Shown: in pieces, positions 1 through 9,131 of the stretch | Layout of the letters: every line of letters starts with the position of its first letter | Numbering within the stretch: position 1 is the stretch's first letter | Assembly: GCA_019058315.1 (NCBI GenBank) | Contig: JAHPZH010000002.1 | Coordinates: forward strand, 640,001 to 704,000 | Length of the DNA stretch: 64,000 nucleotides | Direction: 5' to 3' | Source: Candidatus Helarchaeota archaeon | GTDB taxonomy: Archaea; Asgardarchaeota; Lokiarchaeia; Helarchaeales; RDOG01 | Made by a program: the position numbers and the translations under genes | The notes under the pieces: model-generated | Told to the model about the DNA's origin: nothing | Seen by the model: the letters and a program-made list of their open reading frames with translations, nothing else | Database searches by the model: none

Positions 1-252
1 TCAGAAATTATGTTCCAATTAAAAAATCTTGCATCAAAAAAGGGAAATTTGCCAGAAGGTTTTAAACTCGAGGGTCAAAACGTAGCAACACTCGGGTTGA
101 ATATACCAAATAGTCCTGCAATTGCAAGGCGTAGAACTCAACTTAAACTTAGTGAAAATATAACAACTCCAAATGTGGAAGACTTCAAAAAAATTTGTGA
201 AGCTACGGGATTTTTTGATTTAGTCGGCAAACCCGAGAAAAAGGAGGGCTAA
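1..252 (+). CDS. hdrC: Heterodisulfide reductase subunit C, C-terminal part (gene begins before the window)
   Basis: Frame is open from base 1 (SEIMFQLKNLASKKGNLP...). This resembles the HdrC tail after the last Fe-S motif, and the stop lies 2 nt before hdrB. Confidence 0.7.
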   Translation, partial: SEIMFQLKNLASKKGNLPEGFKLEGQNVATLGLNIPNSPAIARRRTQLKLSENITTPNVEDFKKICEATGFFDLVGKPEKKEG

Positions 253-254
253 AA

Positions 255-1130
255 ATGAGTGAATATGCAATTTATGTGGGATGTGTAATTGCAAATCGTT
301 TCCCCTATATAGAAGCGGCAAGTAGAAAAGTTATGGATAAGTTAGGTATTAAAGTGGCTGATATTCCCGAATTTGGGTGTTGCCCTGATCCTACCGGATT
401 CCAGTGCATCGATCAAAAAACATGGATGGCACTAGCTGCAAGAAATCTATGTGTTGCAGAAGAGACAAATAAGGATATTTTAACTTTTTGCAATGGATGT
501 TTTGAGACATTAAAAACTGTAAATACTGAATTAAAGAACGATGGACACCATTTAAAAGAAGTAAACGAAATTTTATCAAAAATTGGAAAACAATTCAAAG
601 GAACAATTAATGTTTATCATCTACTTGAAATTTTATATAATAAAATTGGAACTGAGGCAATACAGAAAGCAGTTACCAAAAAAATGGATGGACTAAAGGT
701 GGCAACTTTCTATGGGTGCCATTATGGAAGACCAAACTATATTTTACAGTTTGATGATCCTCTTAGACCAGAATCCTTAGATAGAATAGTTGAAGCAACA
801 GGTGCAAATAGTCTTGAATACCTGAAAAAATATCAATGCTGTGGCAGTGGAATTTCAGGTTACAGTGAAGAAGCTCAAACTGCGATGTTAGAAAGTAAAC
901 TTAAACAAATTGACCGCGTAGGTGCTGATGTTTTAGTAGTTGTATGTCCAGCATGTTTTACTCAATTTGAAATGAATCAAGGAAAAGTAAATAAAGCATT
1001 TAATACCGATTATAAAATCCCAACCTTATACTTTACTGAATTTTTAGCATTAGCATTCGGTGAGAAACCAGACGATCTAGGACTAAAGTTTCATCGTGTA
1101 AAATTAAAAAGTTTATTAGAAAGAATTTAA
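255..1130 (+). CDS. hdrB: CoB-CoM heterodisulfide reductase subunit B
   Basis: YVGC, GCCPDP, ARNL, CNGCF, FYGCH, QCCGSG and CPACF motifs of the two CCG domains. Confidence 0.93.
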   Translation: MSEYAIYVGCVIANRFPYIEAASRKVMDKLGIKVADIPEFGCCPDPTGFQCIDQKTWMALAARNLCVAEETNKDILTFCNGCFETLKTVNTELKNDGHHLKEVNEILSKIGKQFKGTINVYHLLEILYNKIGTEAIQKAVTKKMDGLKVATFYGCHYGRPNYILQFDDPLRPESLDRIVEATGANSLEYLKKYQCCGSGISGYSEEAQTAMLESKLKQIDRVGADVLVVVCPACFTQFEMNQGKVNKAFNTDYKIPTLYFTEFLALAFGEKPDDLGLKFHRVKLKSLLERI

Positions 1131-1138
1131 CTTTTAAA

Positions 1139-1594
1139 CTATTTTTTCTTCAATTCTTCATTAATTTTTTTTACTCTCTCTATTTCTCCTTCTTGCCACT
1201 TGATAAACTCAGGAGAACCCCCTTTAAATAATCTAGGTAATTCTTCTTCAAGTTTAGCGGGATTTATCTTTATAATCCATCCTTTCCCATAACAGTCAGA
1301 ATTTAATAATTTTACATTATCTTCCGGTTTTTCGTTGACTTCAACGATAATCCCCGAAAGTGGTGAATATAAAGTAATCCAACCTTTACCTGCTTGAAGG
1401 GAACCGAAAGGTCTGTTGAATTTAACCTCCTCATCTTCCCTTAAAATAACATCTAAAAAGGTTAATTTTTCTAACATTGCTTGGGCAAAATCTGTTATCC
1501 CAATTATAGCGGTTCCGTTTTCTATTTTTGCCCATAAATCCTTATCTGAATAATATAAATCATCCGGGAGATTATATCCTTGAACATTAACCAA
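1139..1594 (-). CDS. Glycine-cleavage H-like lipoyl-carrier protein
   Basis: LPDDLYY, W-x-K, IGITDFAQ, lipoyl-Lys turn QAGKG, YSPLSG and CYGKGWIIKI; TTG start. Confidence 0.88.
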   Translation of the reverse strand: MVNVQGYNLPDDLYYSDKDLWAKIENGTAIIGITDFAQAMLEKLTFLDVILREDEEVKFNRPFGSLQAGKGWITLYSPLSGIIVEVNEKPEDNVKLLNSDCYGKGWIIKINPAKLEEELPRLFKGGSPEFIKWQEGEIERVKKINEELKKK

Positions 1595-1723
1595 GTTTAC
1601 ACTTCCACTTTATCAAGATTACATTTCACAATTCTTTTAAACTTAAACCAAAAATATTTATTATATTTTATCATTCTTGGAAATTATTAAAAATAAGTAA
1701 AATCTCAATCTGGAGGTTTCAAT

Positions 1724-2146
1724 TTGGTTAAAGTCGGAGATTATGATTTACCAGACGACCTATACTACCACGAGAAACATACTTGGGCAACCAAGGATGG
1801 TGATTTGATACGCGTGGGCGTAGATTCAATAGGTGTTGCTTTAGCAGGAAAAATTATTTTTGTAAGAGTTAAAAAAATTGGTAAAAACATCAACGCTGGG
1901 AAAAATTTCGGAACTGCAGAAGCAGGGAAAGGTGTAATTCCGTTAACTGCCCCTGTAACAGGAGAAATCGTTGAAGAAAATCCTAATGTGTCTGGAAGAA
2001 AGGTGAAAGAACTCAATGAAGACCCTTATGGAGAAGGTTGGCTAATAAAATTAAAGCCGACTGGAGATGTAGATGCTGAATTTAGTAAATTAATTACTGG
2101 TAACGCTATAACACCTTGGGCCGAAGAAGAAATTAAACAATTATAA
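1724..2146 (+). CDS. Glycine-cleavage H-like lipoyl-carrier protein (second, divergently transcribed paralog)
   Basis: LPDDLYYHEKHTW, EAGKG, APVTGEI and NEDPYGEGWLIKL; GGAGGT Shine-Dalgarno sequence before the TTG start. Confidence 0.88.
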   Translation: MVKVGDYDLPDDLYYHEKHTWATKDGDLIRVGVDSIGVALAGKIIFVRVKKIGKNINAGKNFGTAEAGKGVIPLTAPVTGEIVEENPNVSGRKVKELNEDPYGEGWLIKLKPTGDVDAEFSKLITGNAITPWAEEEIKQL

Positions 2147-2229
2147 TGAGTAATAATAAATTATCAATTTTCTCTCTATTTTTTAAATCATTTATTTATA
2201 AGAACTATTTTTATCATTATGGAACATTC

Positions 2230-3540
2230 TTATTTTAAATTCCAAGTTGTTCCATTCCAATACTCTTTTTTCAAAGGATGATCTTGCGTATCAATAAATT
2301 CTATTAATTTTTTAGCAGATAAAGCATTTTCTTCTGTGGCTATTTTATCTTTAAGTTCATCTGGTATCCATTTTGCAATTCTCTCTTTTAAATTCTTATT
2401 CATCCAAACTATTCGTTTCCAACCACCGTCCCCTTGCATAAATTTTTTATCCCTAAAAGTGGTTAGTGCGATTCCTCTATATCCTGGAGATTGATTAGTT
2501 CTATTATAGATTTTATTTACAGTTGAAAAATTGATTTCAAGAGGAGTTTCTCCTTTATAATAATAATCTGCAATACCAAGTGCATCAACTTCAGGAATCT
2601 GAAATATTAGTGCTTCAAAATATCTACAACTAGTTTGGGGATCCTTAATTGCAGAATATAAATTAATTCTTTCAACAGTTTTACTGGTGAATTTAGATAT
2701 CTTTTGGTTGATACCTGAGTAGCTTCCGTAAAGATTATTCAGTATATCACCCTTAGGTATTTCAAAAAAATATTGTTTTGGGCTAAGCTTATATGAAATA
2801 TCTGCATCCTTCCAATTAATCACTCCACATGTACCATAATTATTTGGTGTGATAATACAAGCATGATTGGGACAATAATATTTACAACCCGTACAACCAT
2901 AAAACTTATCGACTTCATCATCATTTAATTCTAAAGCTTCTATATTTCTTTGTTCCCAAATATAAAAACAATCATCTTTTAATATCCTGAGAGTTTTATT
3001 TGGATTCTGTGCAGAATCAATCAAAAATTTTATTTCAATTTTTTCTATTTGAGGGAAATTGGCTTTTAATTGACCCATCAATGCACGAGCCAGGTGTTCA
3101 ATCCTTATTCCTTTTTTTGCTATGCTTTTATGGATTCTTATCCAAATTAAATTACGCATATTTAAATGCATTACTCCCTCTATAAAGTCATGAAAATGGG
3201 AAATTATTCCTTCTAATATGGCTGGTGTAATTTTATCTAAATTTAAACCTGATAACATAATTGTTTCGATAAAACTATACGAAGCTCCCTCGTCAATCTC
3301 ATCAATATCCGGACCCCAAAGTTCGATTTTTCCATCTTCTAGATTTTTATCTTCTTCATTAAATTCAATTAACTCAGCAGCTGCTTTTACTCTAGGACCC
3401 CCAAATTCCACGTACATATCTTTATTCCGAATTGTTTTTCCTGACCATTGCTCACCAATATTAAAAGGCAGACCTTCTAACAACTCTTTTGGATTAGTAG
3501 GAAGCTTTAAGGCTTTATTTAACTTCCCAAATTCGACCAT
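2230..3540 (-). CDS. cdhC: Acetyl-CoA synthase beta subunit (CdhC/AcsB)-like protein with an altered A-cluster motif
   Basis: IR-x-KDMYVEFGGP, FYGCTGC, CIITP...CG, IPEVDALG and KFMQGDGGWKRIVW are present. The canonical SCGCFE reads SCRYFE. ATG at 3540 is preferred over the track's 3585. Confidence 0.85.
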   Translation of the reverse strand: MVEFGKLNKALKLPTNPKELLEGLPFNIGEQWSGKTIRNKDMYVEFGGPRVKAAAELIEFNEEDKNLEDGKIELWGPDIDEIDEGASYSFIETIMLSGLNLDKITPAILEGIISHFHDFIEGVMHLNMRNLIWIRIHKSIAKKGIRIEHLARALMGQLKANFPQIEKIEIKFLIDSAQNPNKTLRILKDDCFYIWEQRNIEALELNDDEVDKFYGCTGCKYYCPNHACIITPNNYGTCGVINWKDADISYKLSPKQYFFEIPKGDILNNLYGSYSGINQKISKFTSKTVERINLYSAIKDPQTSCRYFEALIFQIPEVDALGIADYYYKGETPLEINFSTVNKIYNRTNQSPGYRGIALTTFRDKKFMQGDGGWKRIVWMNKNLKERIAKWIPDELKDKIATEENALSAKKLIEFIDTQDHPLKKEYWNGTTWNLK

Positions 3541-3731
3541 TTTATAATCACTATAATATGACTTTCTTTTCTGATTTAGCAACACATCTTAATTTTAAGA
3601 AATTTTGGATTATAACGTAATATAATAAAATTATATCAATAATAGAAAGAATTAAGGTTAGAATCAACAAGATTATAATAAAGAAATTAATGTTGGTCTA
3701 AGGAATGTGAGATTTATTATATATCTTTATT

Positions 3732-4697
3732 TTATTGTTTTAGACACCATTTCTGATCTAATTCAGCATGTCTTGCAAGGAAAATCATTCCTTTTCCATA
3801 ATAAAAGTTTGATTCTTTTAAATAATATTCCGCAGCTTTATTGAAAAATTTTCGTTTATATCTCCCTAAAAATTCATAAAGTGAAGCAACCCAATAAAAT
3901 AGATTTTTTTCTATTAATTCAGAAATTATTTTTAAAAGAGGTTCTAAATTATCTGGTTTAAATTTGTCTATATTTTTATTAATTTCATCTATATAATCAT
4001 TTATTTTTTCCTCAGTACGAAATGGATAACTATTAGCTATGGTACCTACAGCAACTGGGGGAACTTTACTTTCTTTCAAATCATTAGGGGAATTCAAATT
4101 TGTAAAACTCTTAAATTCTGGATCAAAACTTTGAACTCTCCAAGAAACAACTAAAACTAATTCGGTATAACCTCTAAAAATATCGTCAATTCGTCTTTTT
4201 CCCAATTTGCATATTAGTTTAGTGACTTCTAAGCAATGTTTAACTGATAAACATGCTGGTAATGGTTCTATTAGACCAGATGTATGTGCATATAATGTGA
4301 TTCCACTTTTGGATAAATCTTCAAAGAGTAGTTTTAATGTCTGAACTTTAATATAAGGTAAATCACAAGGTAAAACCAAACAATGATTTGTTTTTACTTG
4401 TTTCATCCCTGTTAATATTCCTAATAATGCCCCGTTACAATTATTTTTTTCATCTATATAGATTTTAGCTAATTTAATATCAAATTTTTTTAGTAATTCT
4501 AAATATATTTGTTTTCTTTCTTCATTATTGACGATAATTAATATCTCATCTGTAATTTCTTCTAAAATTTCAATTAATCGAATTAATATTGGCTTTCCTT
4601 CTATTTCTATAATGGCTTTATCAATCCAAGGTTTATCTTTTGTTTGAAATCTTTTTGCAAGTCCACCAGAGAGAATTACACCCGTAATTTTATCCAT
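3732..4697 (-). CDS. mobA: Molybdenum/tungsten cofactor guanylyltransferase MobA with a C-terminal extension
   Basis: GVILSGGLAKRF...DKA, GALLGILTG, LPCDLP, IEPL and FTNLNSPNDL. Confidence 0.85.
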   Translation of the reverse strand: MDKITGVILSGGLAKRFQTKDKPWIDKAIIEIEGKPILIRLIEILEEITDEILIIVNNEERKQIYLELLKKFDIKLAKIYIDEKNNCNGALLGILTGMKQVKTNHCLVLPCDLPYIKVQTLKLLFEDLSKSGITLYAHTSGLIEPLPACLSVKHCLEVTKLICKLGKRRIDDIFRGYTELVLVVSWRVQSFDPEFKSFTNLNSPNDLKESKVPPVAVGTIANSYPFRTEEKINDYIDEINKNIDKFKPDNLEPLLKIISELIEKNLFYWVASLYEFLGRYKRKFFNKAAEYYLKESNFYYGKGMIFLARHAELDQKWCLKQ

Positions 4698-4785
4698 TTA
4701 ATTCAGATCCAGTCAATTAGAAATGTTTAATATAAGTCTATATAAATTAGTTTATTTAAATTAAATTTCAACATTTTGAGTTTTT

Positions 4786-5718
4786 TTGAAAATGAAATGT
4801 AAGATTTGTGGAGAATCAGCCAATATAAAACTGGACTATTGTGGTTTAAAACTGTGTAAGCCTCATTTTATTGAATATATTCAAAAAAGGGTTAAACGAA
4901 CTATAAAGAGATACCAAATGGTCCGAAAGGAAGATACTATTGCCGTTGCATTAAGTGGGGGAAAAGATAGTCAAGCACTTCTTCATATTTTAAAACAAAT
5001 TTATGTTGATTCTAACAAACTTATCGGAATCCATATCGATTTGGGAATTAATGATTATTCTCAAGAATCAGCTAAATTTGTAAGAATACTATGTGATGAG
5101 CTAGAAGTTCCTGTACATGTTATTAACATAAAAGAGGAATATAATTTTACGATTGATAATGCAAAAAAAAGCAAAAAAATTAGACGTCCTATATGTGGTA
5201 TTTGCGGTTTAGTTAAAAGATATGTTTTAAATGTATTTGCAAGAAAATATAAAGCTGATGTTTTAGCAACTGGTCATGTTATGGATGACGAAGTCAGTGT
5301 ATTATTATCAAACTTGGTTAACGGTAATTTTGAACAATTGATAAGAGGGGGTCCTTTTCTTCCTTCAGATGATGTTTCAATGGTTGCCCGTATTAAACCG
5401 TTATATGAGATCTCAGAGCTTGAGACCACACTTTATTCTCATTTTAATAACATTCCTTTTATTGAAATAACTTGTCCTTATGATGTTAAAGCAACAGTAT
5501 CTTCCTATAAACAAGTTACAAATAAATTAGAAGAAATGCAACCTGGGTCTAGATATCTACTATTAAGAAATTATATAAAAATCTATAAAAAGGCATTAAA
5601 GGATTATAATACTGAAATACAACAGGAATTATGCTATTGTAAAGTATGTGGAGGTCCAACTATAAGAGATATTTGTGCATTTTGCAGTTTAAGAAAAAAA
5701 ATGGAGGGTAATGAGTGA
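4786..5718 (+). CDS. ttuA: tRNA 2-thiolation protein, TtuA/Ncs6 family
   Basis: N-terminal and C-terminal Zn fingers, PP-loop SGGKDS, CGICG, ATGHVMDD and CPY. Confidence 0.88.
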   Translation: MKMKCKICGESANIKLDYCGLKLCKPHFIEYIQKRVKRTIKRYQMVRKEDTIAVALSGGKDSQALLHILKQIYVDSNKLIGIHIDLGINDYSQESAKFVRILCDELEVPVHVINIKEEYNFTIDNAKKSKKIRRPICGICGLVKRYVLNVFARKYKADVLATGHVMDDEVSVLLSNLVNGNFEQLIRGGPFLPSDDVSMVARIKPLYEISELETTLYSHFNNIPFIEITCPYDVKATVSSYKQVTNKLEEMQPGSRYLLLRNYIKIYKKALKDYNTEIQQELCYCKVCGGPTIRDICAFCSLRKKMEGNE

Positions 5719-6482
5719 TTAAAGAAGGAGATAATATAATTTTAATTTCTGAACGATTAAACCGTTGGTTAGTAAAAGTCCAAAGTGGAAAGGAATTTCA
5801 AACACATAAAGGGATTATCAAATTTGATGAAATTATTGGAAAAGATTATGGTTTTATATTAGAAAGTTCAATTGGAAAGAAATTCTATGTATTAGAGCCT
5901 CTAATTTATGATTACATCTTTAAATCAAAGAGATCAACACAAATAATTTATCCTAAAGATGCTGCTATTATCACATTATTTTCTGGAATTCACCCAGGAA
6001 GTAGAATTATAGAAACAGGGTTAGGTAGTGGAGCCCTTACTATTGCTCTAGCAAATATTATTAGACCTAATGGAAAAATTTATTCATATGAAATAAAGGA
6101 AGATTATATATCTGTCGCTAAAAAAAATCTAGATCGAGCAGGACTTAGCGAATTTGTCGAAATCAAACATCGTGATGCATTAAATGGATTTGATGAAACT
6201 AATGTCGATAATATCATATTAGACTTAGCAACTCCTTGGTTAATTATACCAATCGCTTATAAAGCCTTAAAAAGTAGTGGAGTGCTATTAAGTTATTCAC
6301 CTACCATCGATCAAGTTCAAAAAACAGTCAATTCCATGATTGAGAACAATTTTGTGGACATTCACACGATGGAATGTTTAATTCGGGAATGGCAGATTGC
6401 CCCTAATAAAGTTAGACCTTTTAATCGAATGGTTGGACATTCTGGTTTTATGACGTTCGGAACGAAGATACATGTCGCTTAA
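5715..6482 (+). CDS. trmI: tRNA (adenine-N1, A57/A58)-methyltransferase
   Basis: THKG, RSTQIIYPKD, ETGLGSGALT, LDLATPW and RMVGHSGF. Confidence 0.93.
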   Translation: MIKEGDNIILISERLNRWLVKVQSGKEFQTHKGIIKFDEIIGKDYGFILESSIGKKFYVLEPLIYDYIFKSKRSTQIIYPKDAAIITLFSGIHPGSRIIETGLGSGALTIALANIIRPNGKIYSYEIKEDYISVAKKNLDRAGLSEFVEIKHRDALNGFDETNVDNIILDLATPWLIIPIAYKALKSSGVLLSYSPTIDQVQKTVNSMIENNFVDIHTMECLIREWQIAPNKVRPFNRMVGHSGFMTFGTKIHVA

Positions 6483-6634
6483 AAATAAATAATTAGGATA
6501 AAAATAATTGTAACTAATTTAACAATTCTTAAATATTTCATTAATCATCGTCTTTTCAGTAGTTTATTTTTAATAAAAGACTAATTTAAATATAAAAAAT
6601 AGAAGAAATAAGAAAAATTCCGAGATGATTTATT

Positions 6635-8482
6635 ATGTTCGGCTATGCCGGAAAAAGAGTAAACGTTAATCTCACGGATGGAAGTATTAGAACAGAAACT
6701 TTAACGGAAGAATTTTGTGAATCATACATTGGAGGTTATGGTTTTGGTGCAAAAGTACTTTGGGATGAACTTAAGGCAGGCATCGATCCTTTATCCCCCG
6801 ATAATATTTTAATTTATGCTACGGGTCCTGCACAAGCTTCTTTACTGCCTACAGCATCTAAATATGGTGTATTTGCTAAATCCCCATTAACTAATGTTTT
6901 TGGTATGGCAATATCATCAGGAAGTGTGGGCCAACAGTTTCGAAGGGCTGGTTATGACATGATGGTAATCTATGGTAAAGCAGAAAAACCTGTGTATATC
7001 TTTGTTGATGATGATATCGTTGATTTAGTGGACGCATCCCATCTATGGGGTCAAAAAGATAGTTGGGAAACGGAAGATATAATTCGTGAAGAACAAGGCG
7101 ATTCGAGACTTGGTGTAGCTTCAATAGGTGTGGCGGGTGAAAAATTAAGTAAAATTGCGTGTATTACTAATGATCGAAACAGACAAGCGGGCAGAACAGG
7201 TATGGGCGCAGTTATGGGATCGAAAAATTTGAAAGCAGTCGCTTTTCGAGGATCTAAAGATGTGTCAGTAAAGGATAAAGAAACAGCCATGGTGAAATAT
7301 GTTGATCTATTGAAACGTGCAGTAGGTCCGGCAACCATTAAATATCGGGATTTAGGAACTCCAATAAATACAATGGTTTTTCAAAATTTGGGTGTGTTAC
7401 CAACTAGAAACTTTCAAAACGGTCAATTTGAAGATGCGGAAGCAATTAGTGGAGAAACAATGGCAGAAAAATGGGTTGTTCAAAAAGCAGCTTGTTCTAA
7501 ATGTCCAATAGCTTGCGATCATCTTTGTTTAGTAAATGATCAAGGTCCATATCAAAATTCTCTCTCTAGTGTGGATTTTGAATCTATTTTCGCGTTAGGT
7601 TCATGTACTGGAGTAGGTTATTTCCCCGCGGTTGTAAAAGCGATTGAACTTTGTGATCGCTTGGGAATGGATACTATGAGTGGCGGAGTTACCGTGGCGC
7701 ATGCGATGGAATGTTTTGAAAAGGGTTATATAACAAAAGAAGACACAGGTGGACTTGATTTACGTTTTGGAAATCATGAAGCATTAACCAAATTTGTAGA
7801 AAATATGTGCAATAGAGAAACTAAAGCTGGTGATATTTGGGCAGACGGAAGTAAAGCAGCAGCACTAAAAATTGGAAAAGATTCTCTGGATTTTGCAATG
7901 CAAAACAAAGGGCTTGAACTACCAGGTTATTCAATCCGTGGCCTAAAAACTGCTGCGTTAGGTTTTTGTGTATCTATTCGTGGCGGCTGCCATTTACGTA
8001 ATGGAGCTTATTCTCCCGACGTTAAAGGAAAGGTTGATAGACTAAAGGAAGAAGTTGGTCGCAGTAAAAAACTTATTATTCCTGTGGAAAACATGTATGC
8101 AATCATCGATTCTTTAATTATCTGTAAATTTACACGAGGCGTATATACCGGAGATGATGAAATCGCAGAATGTTACCAAATGATCACTGGAATTCCAATG
8201 GATGCTGCTAAACTAAACTTAGCAGGAGAGCGTATTGTAAATTTATCTAAATGTTTCAACCTCAGAGAAGGAGCTAGAAGAAAAGATGATTATCCTCCTG
8301 AAAGATGTTTCAAAGAAAAATTACAAACTGGGCCTACTAAAGGTGCAATAATTGATAGGAAAGGTTATGATGCTATGCTTGATGAATATTACGAATCTAG
8401 AGGTTGGACCAAGGAAGGAATACCAAAACCTGAGAAATTAAAAGAATTAGGATTAGATTATGTTAAGTTGGATGTGAGTTAA
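6635..8482 (+). CDS. aor: Tungsten-containing aldehyde:ferredoxin oxidoreductase family protein
   Basis: GYAGK, KSPLT, AGRTGMGAVMGSKNLKAV, CxxCPIAC, D-x2-GMDT, RGGCHL and EYYESRGW. Confidence 0.93.
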   Translation: MFGYAGKRVNVNLTDGSIRTETLTEEFCESYIGGYGFGAKVLWDELKAGIDPLSPDNILIYATGPAQASLLPTASKYGVFAKSPLTNVFGMAISSGSVGQQFRRAGYDMMVIYGKAEKPVYIFVDDDIVDLVDASHLWGQKDSWETEDIIREEQGDSRLGVASIGVAGEKLSKIACITNDRNRQAGRTGMGAVMGSKNLKAVAFRGSKDVSVKDKETAMVKYVDLLKRAVGPATIKYRDLGTPINTMVFQNLGVLPTRNFQNGQFEDAEAISGETMAEKWVVQKAACSKCPIACDHLCLVNDQGPYQNSLSSVDFESIFALGSCTGVGYFPAVVKAIELCDRLGMDTMSGGVTVAHAMECFEKGYITKEDTGGLDLRFGNHEALTKFVENMCNRETKAGDIWADGSKAAALKIGKDSLDFAMQNKGLELPGYSIRGLKTAALGFCVSIRGGCHLRNGAYSPDVKGKVDRLKEEVGRSKKLIIPVENMYAIIDSLIICKFTRGVYTGDDEIAECYQMITGIPMDAAKLNLAGERIVNLSKCFNLREGARRKDDYPPERCFKEKLQTGPTKGAIIDRKGYDAMLDEYYESRGWTKEGIPKPEKLKELGLDYVKLDVS

Positions 8483-8986
8483 TTGTTTAAAAGAGACAGA
8501 AAAACTATTATTTGTGATCCCGAAATATGTACTGGTTGCGAAATCTGTGAATTTATTTGTTCGCTAACTAAAGAAGGGGTGTTTCAACCTTATCACTCGA
8601 ATATCCGAAGAATTAGAATTGAACCTATTGTAAATTTCGCTATTACTTGTCAATTCTGCAAAGATCCACCTTGCGTCGGAGCATGTCCCGAAAAAGCACT
8701 GACTCAAGATGAAAAAACAGGAATAATCAGGATCGATGAAAACAAATGCGATGGCTGTGGATTTTGCGTTAAGGCGTGTCCTTTCGGAGCTATCAAAATC
8801 CATCTAAAGAATGAGAAAGTGATAATCTGCGATCAATGCGTAGATGAAGACGATGGACCTCAATGTGTCAAATATTGCCCTAAAGAAGCATTAGAGCATA
8901 CTACACTGGACGCTTATGCAGACAAAGTCAGTAAGGGTGCAGTAGAAAAACTATTGAAGGCTTATACTGAAGAAAAAACTAGCTAA
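8483..8986 (+). CDS. 4Fe-4S dicluster (DmsB/CooF-like) electron-transfer partner of the AOR
   Basis: Four Fe-S motifs (CTGCEICEFIC, CQFCKDPPCVGACP, CDGCGFCVKACP, CDQC...CVKYCP); abuts the AOR stop codon. Confidence 0.9.
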   Translation: MFKRDRKTIICDPEICTGCEICEFICSLTKEGVFQPYHSNIRRIRIEPIVNFAITCQFCKDPPCVGACPEKALTQDEKTGIIRIDENKCDGCGFCVKACPFGAIKIHLKNEKVIICDQCVDEDDGPQCVKYCPKEALEHTTLDAYADKVSKGAVEKLLKAYTEEKTS

Positions 8987-9131
8987 TTTTTATTATTTAT
9001 TTTTTATTTTTTTAAGAAATTAATTTTTAAAATAATTTAATTTAAAATTCTCATCATATAGTTTACTATTAAATTTGAGAAATTAATTTAAGTATTTAAT
9101 ACAAGAATAAAGCCCTTTCTTTTTTTAGATA

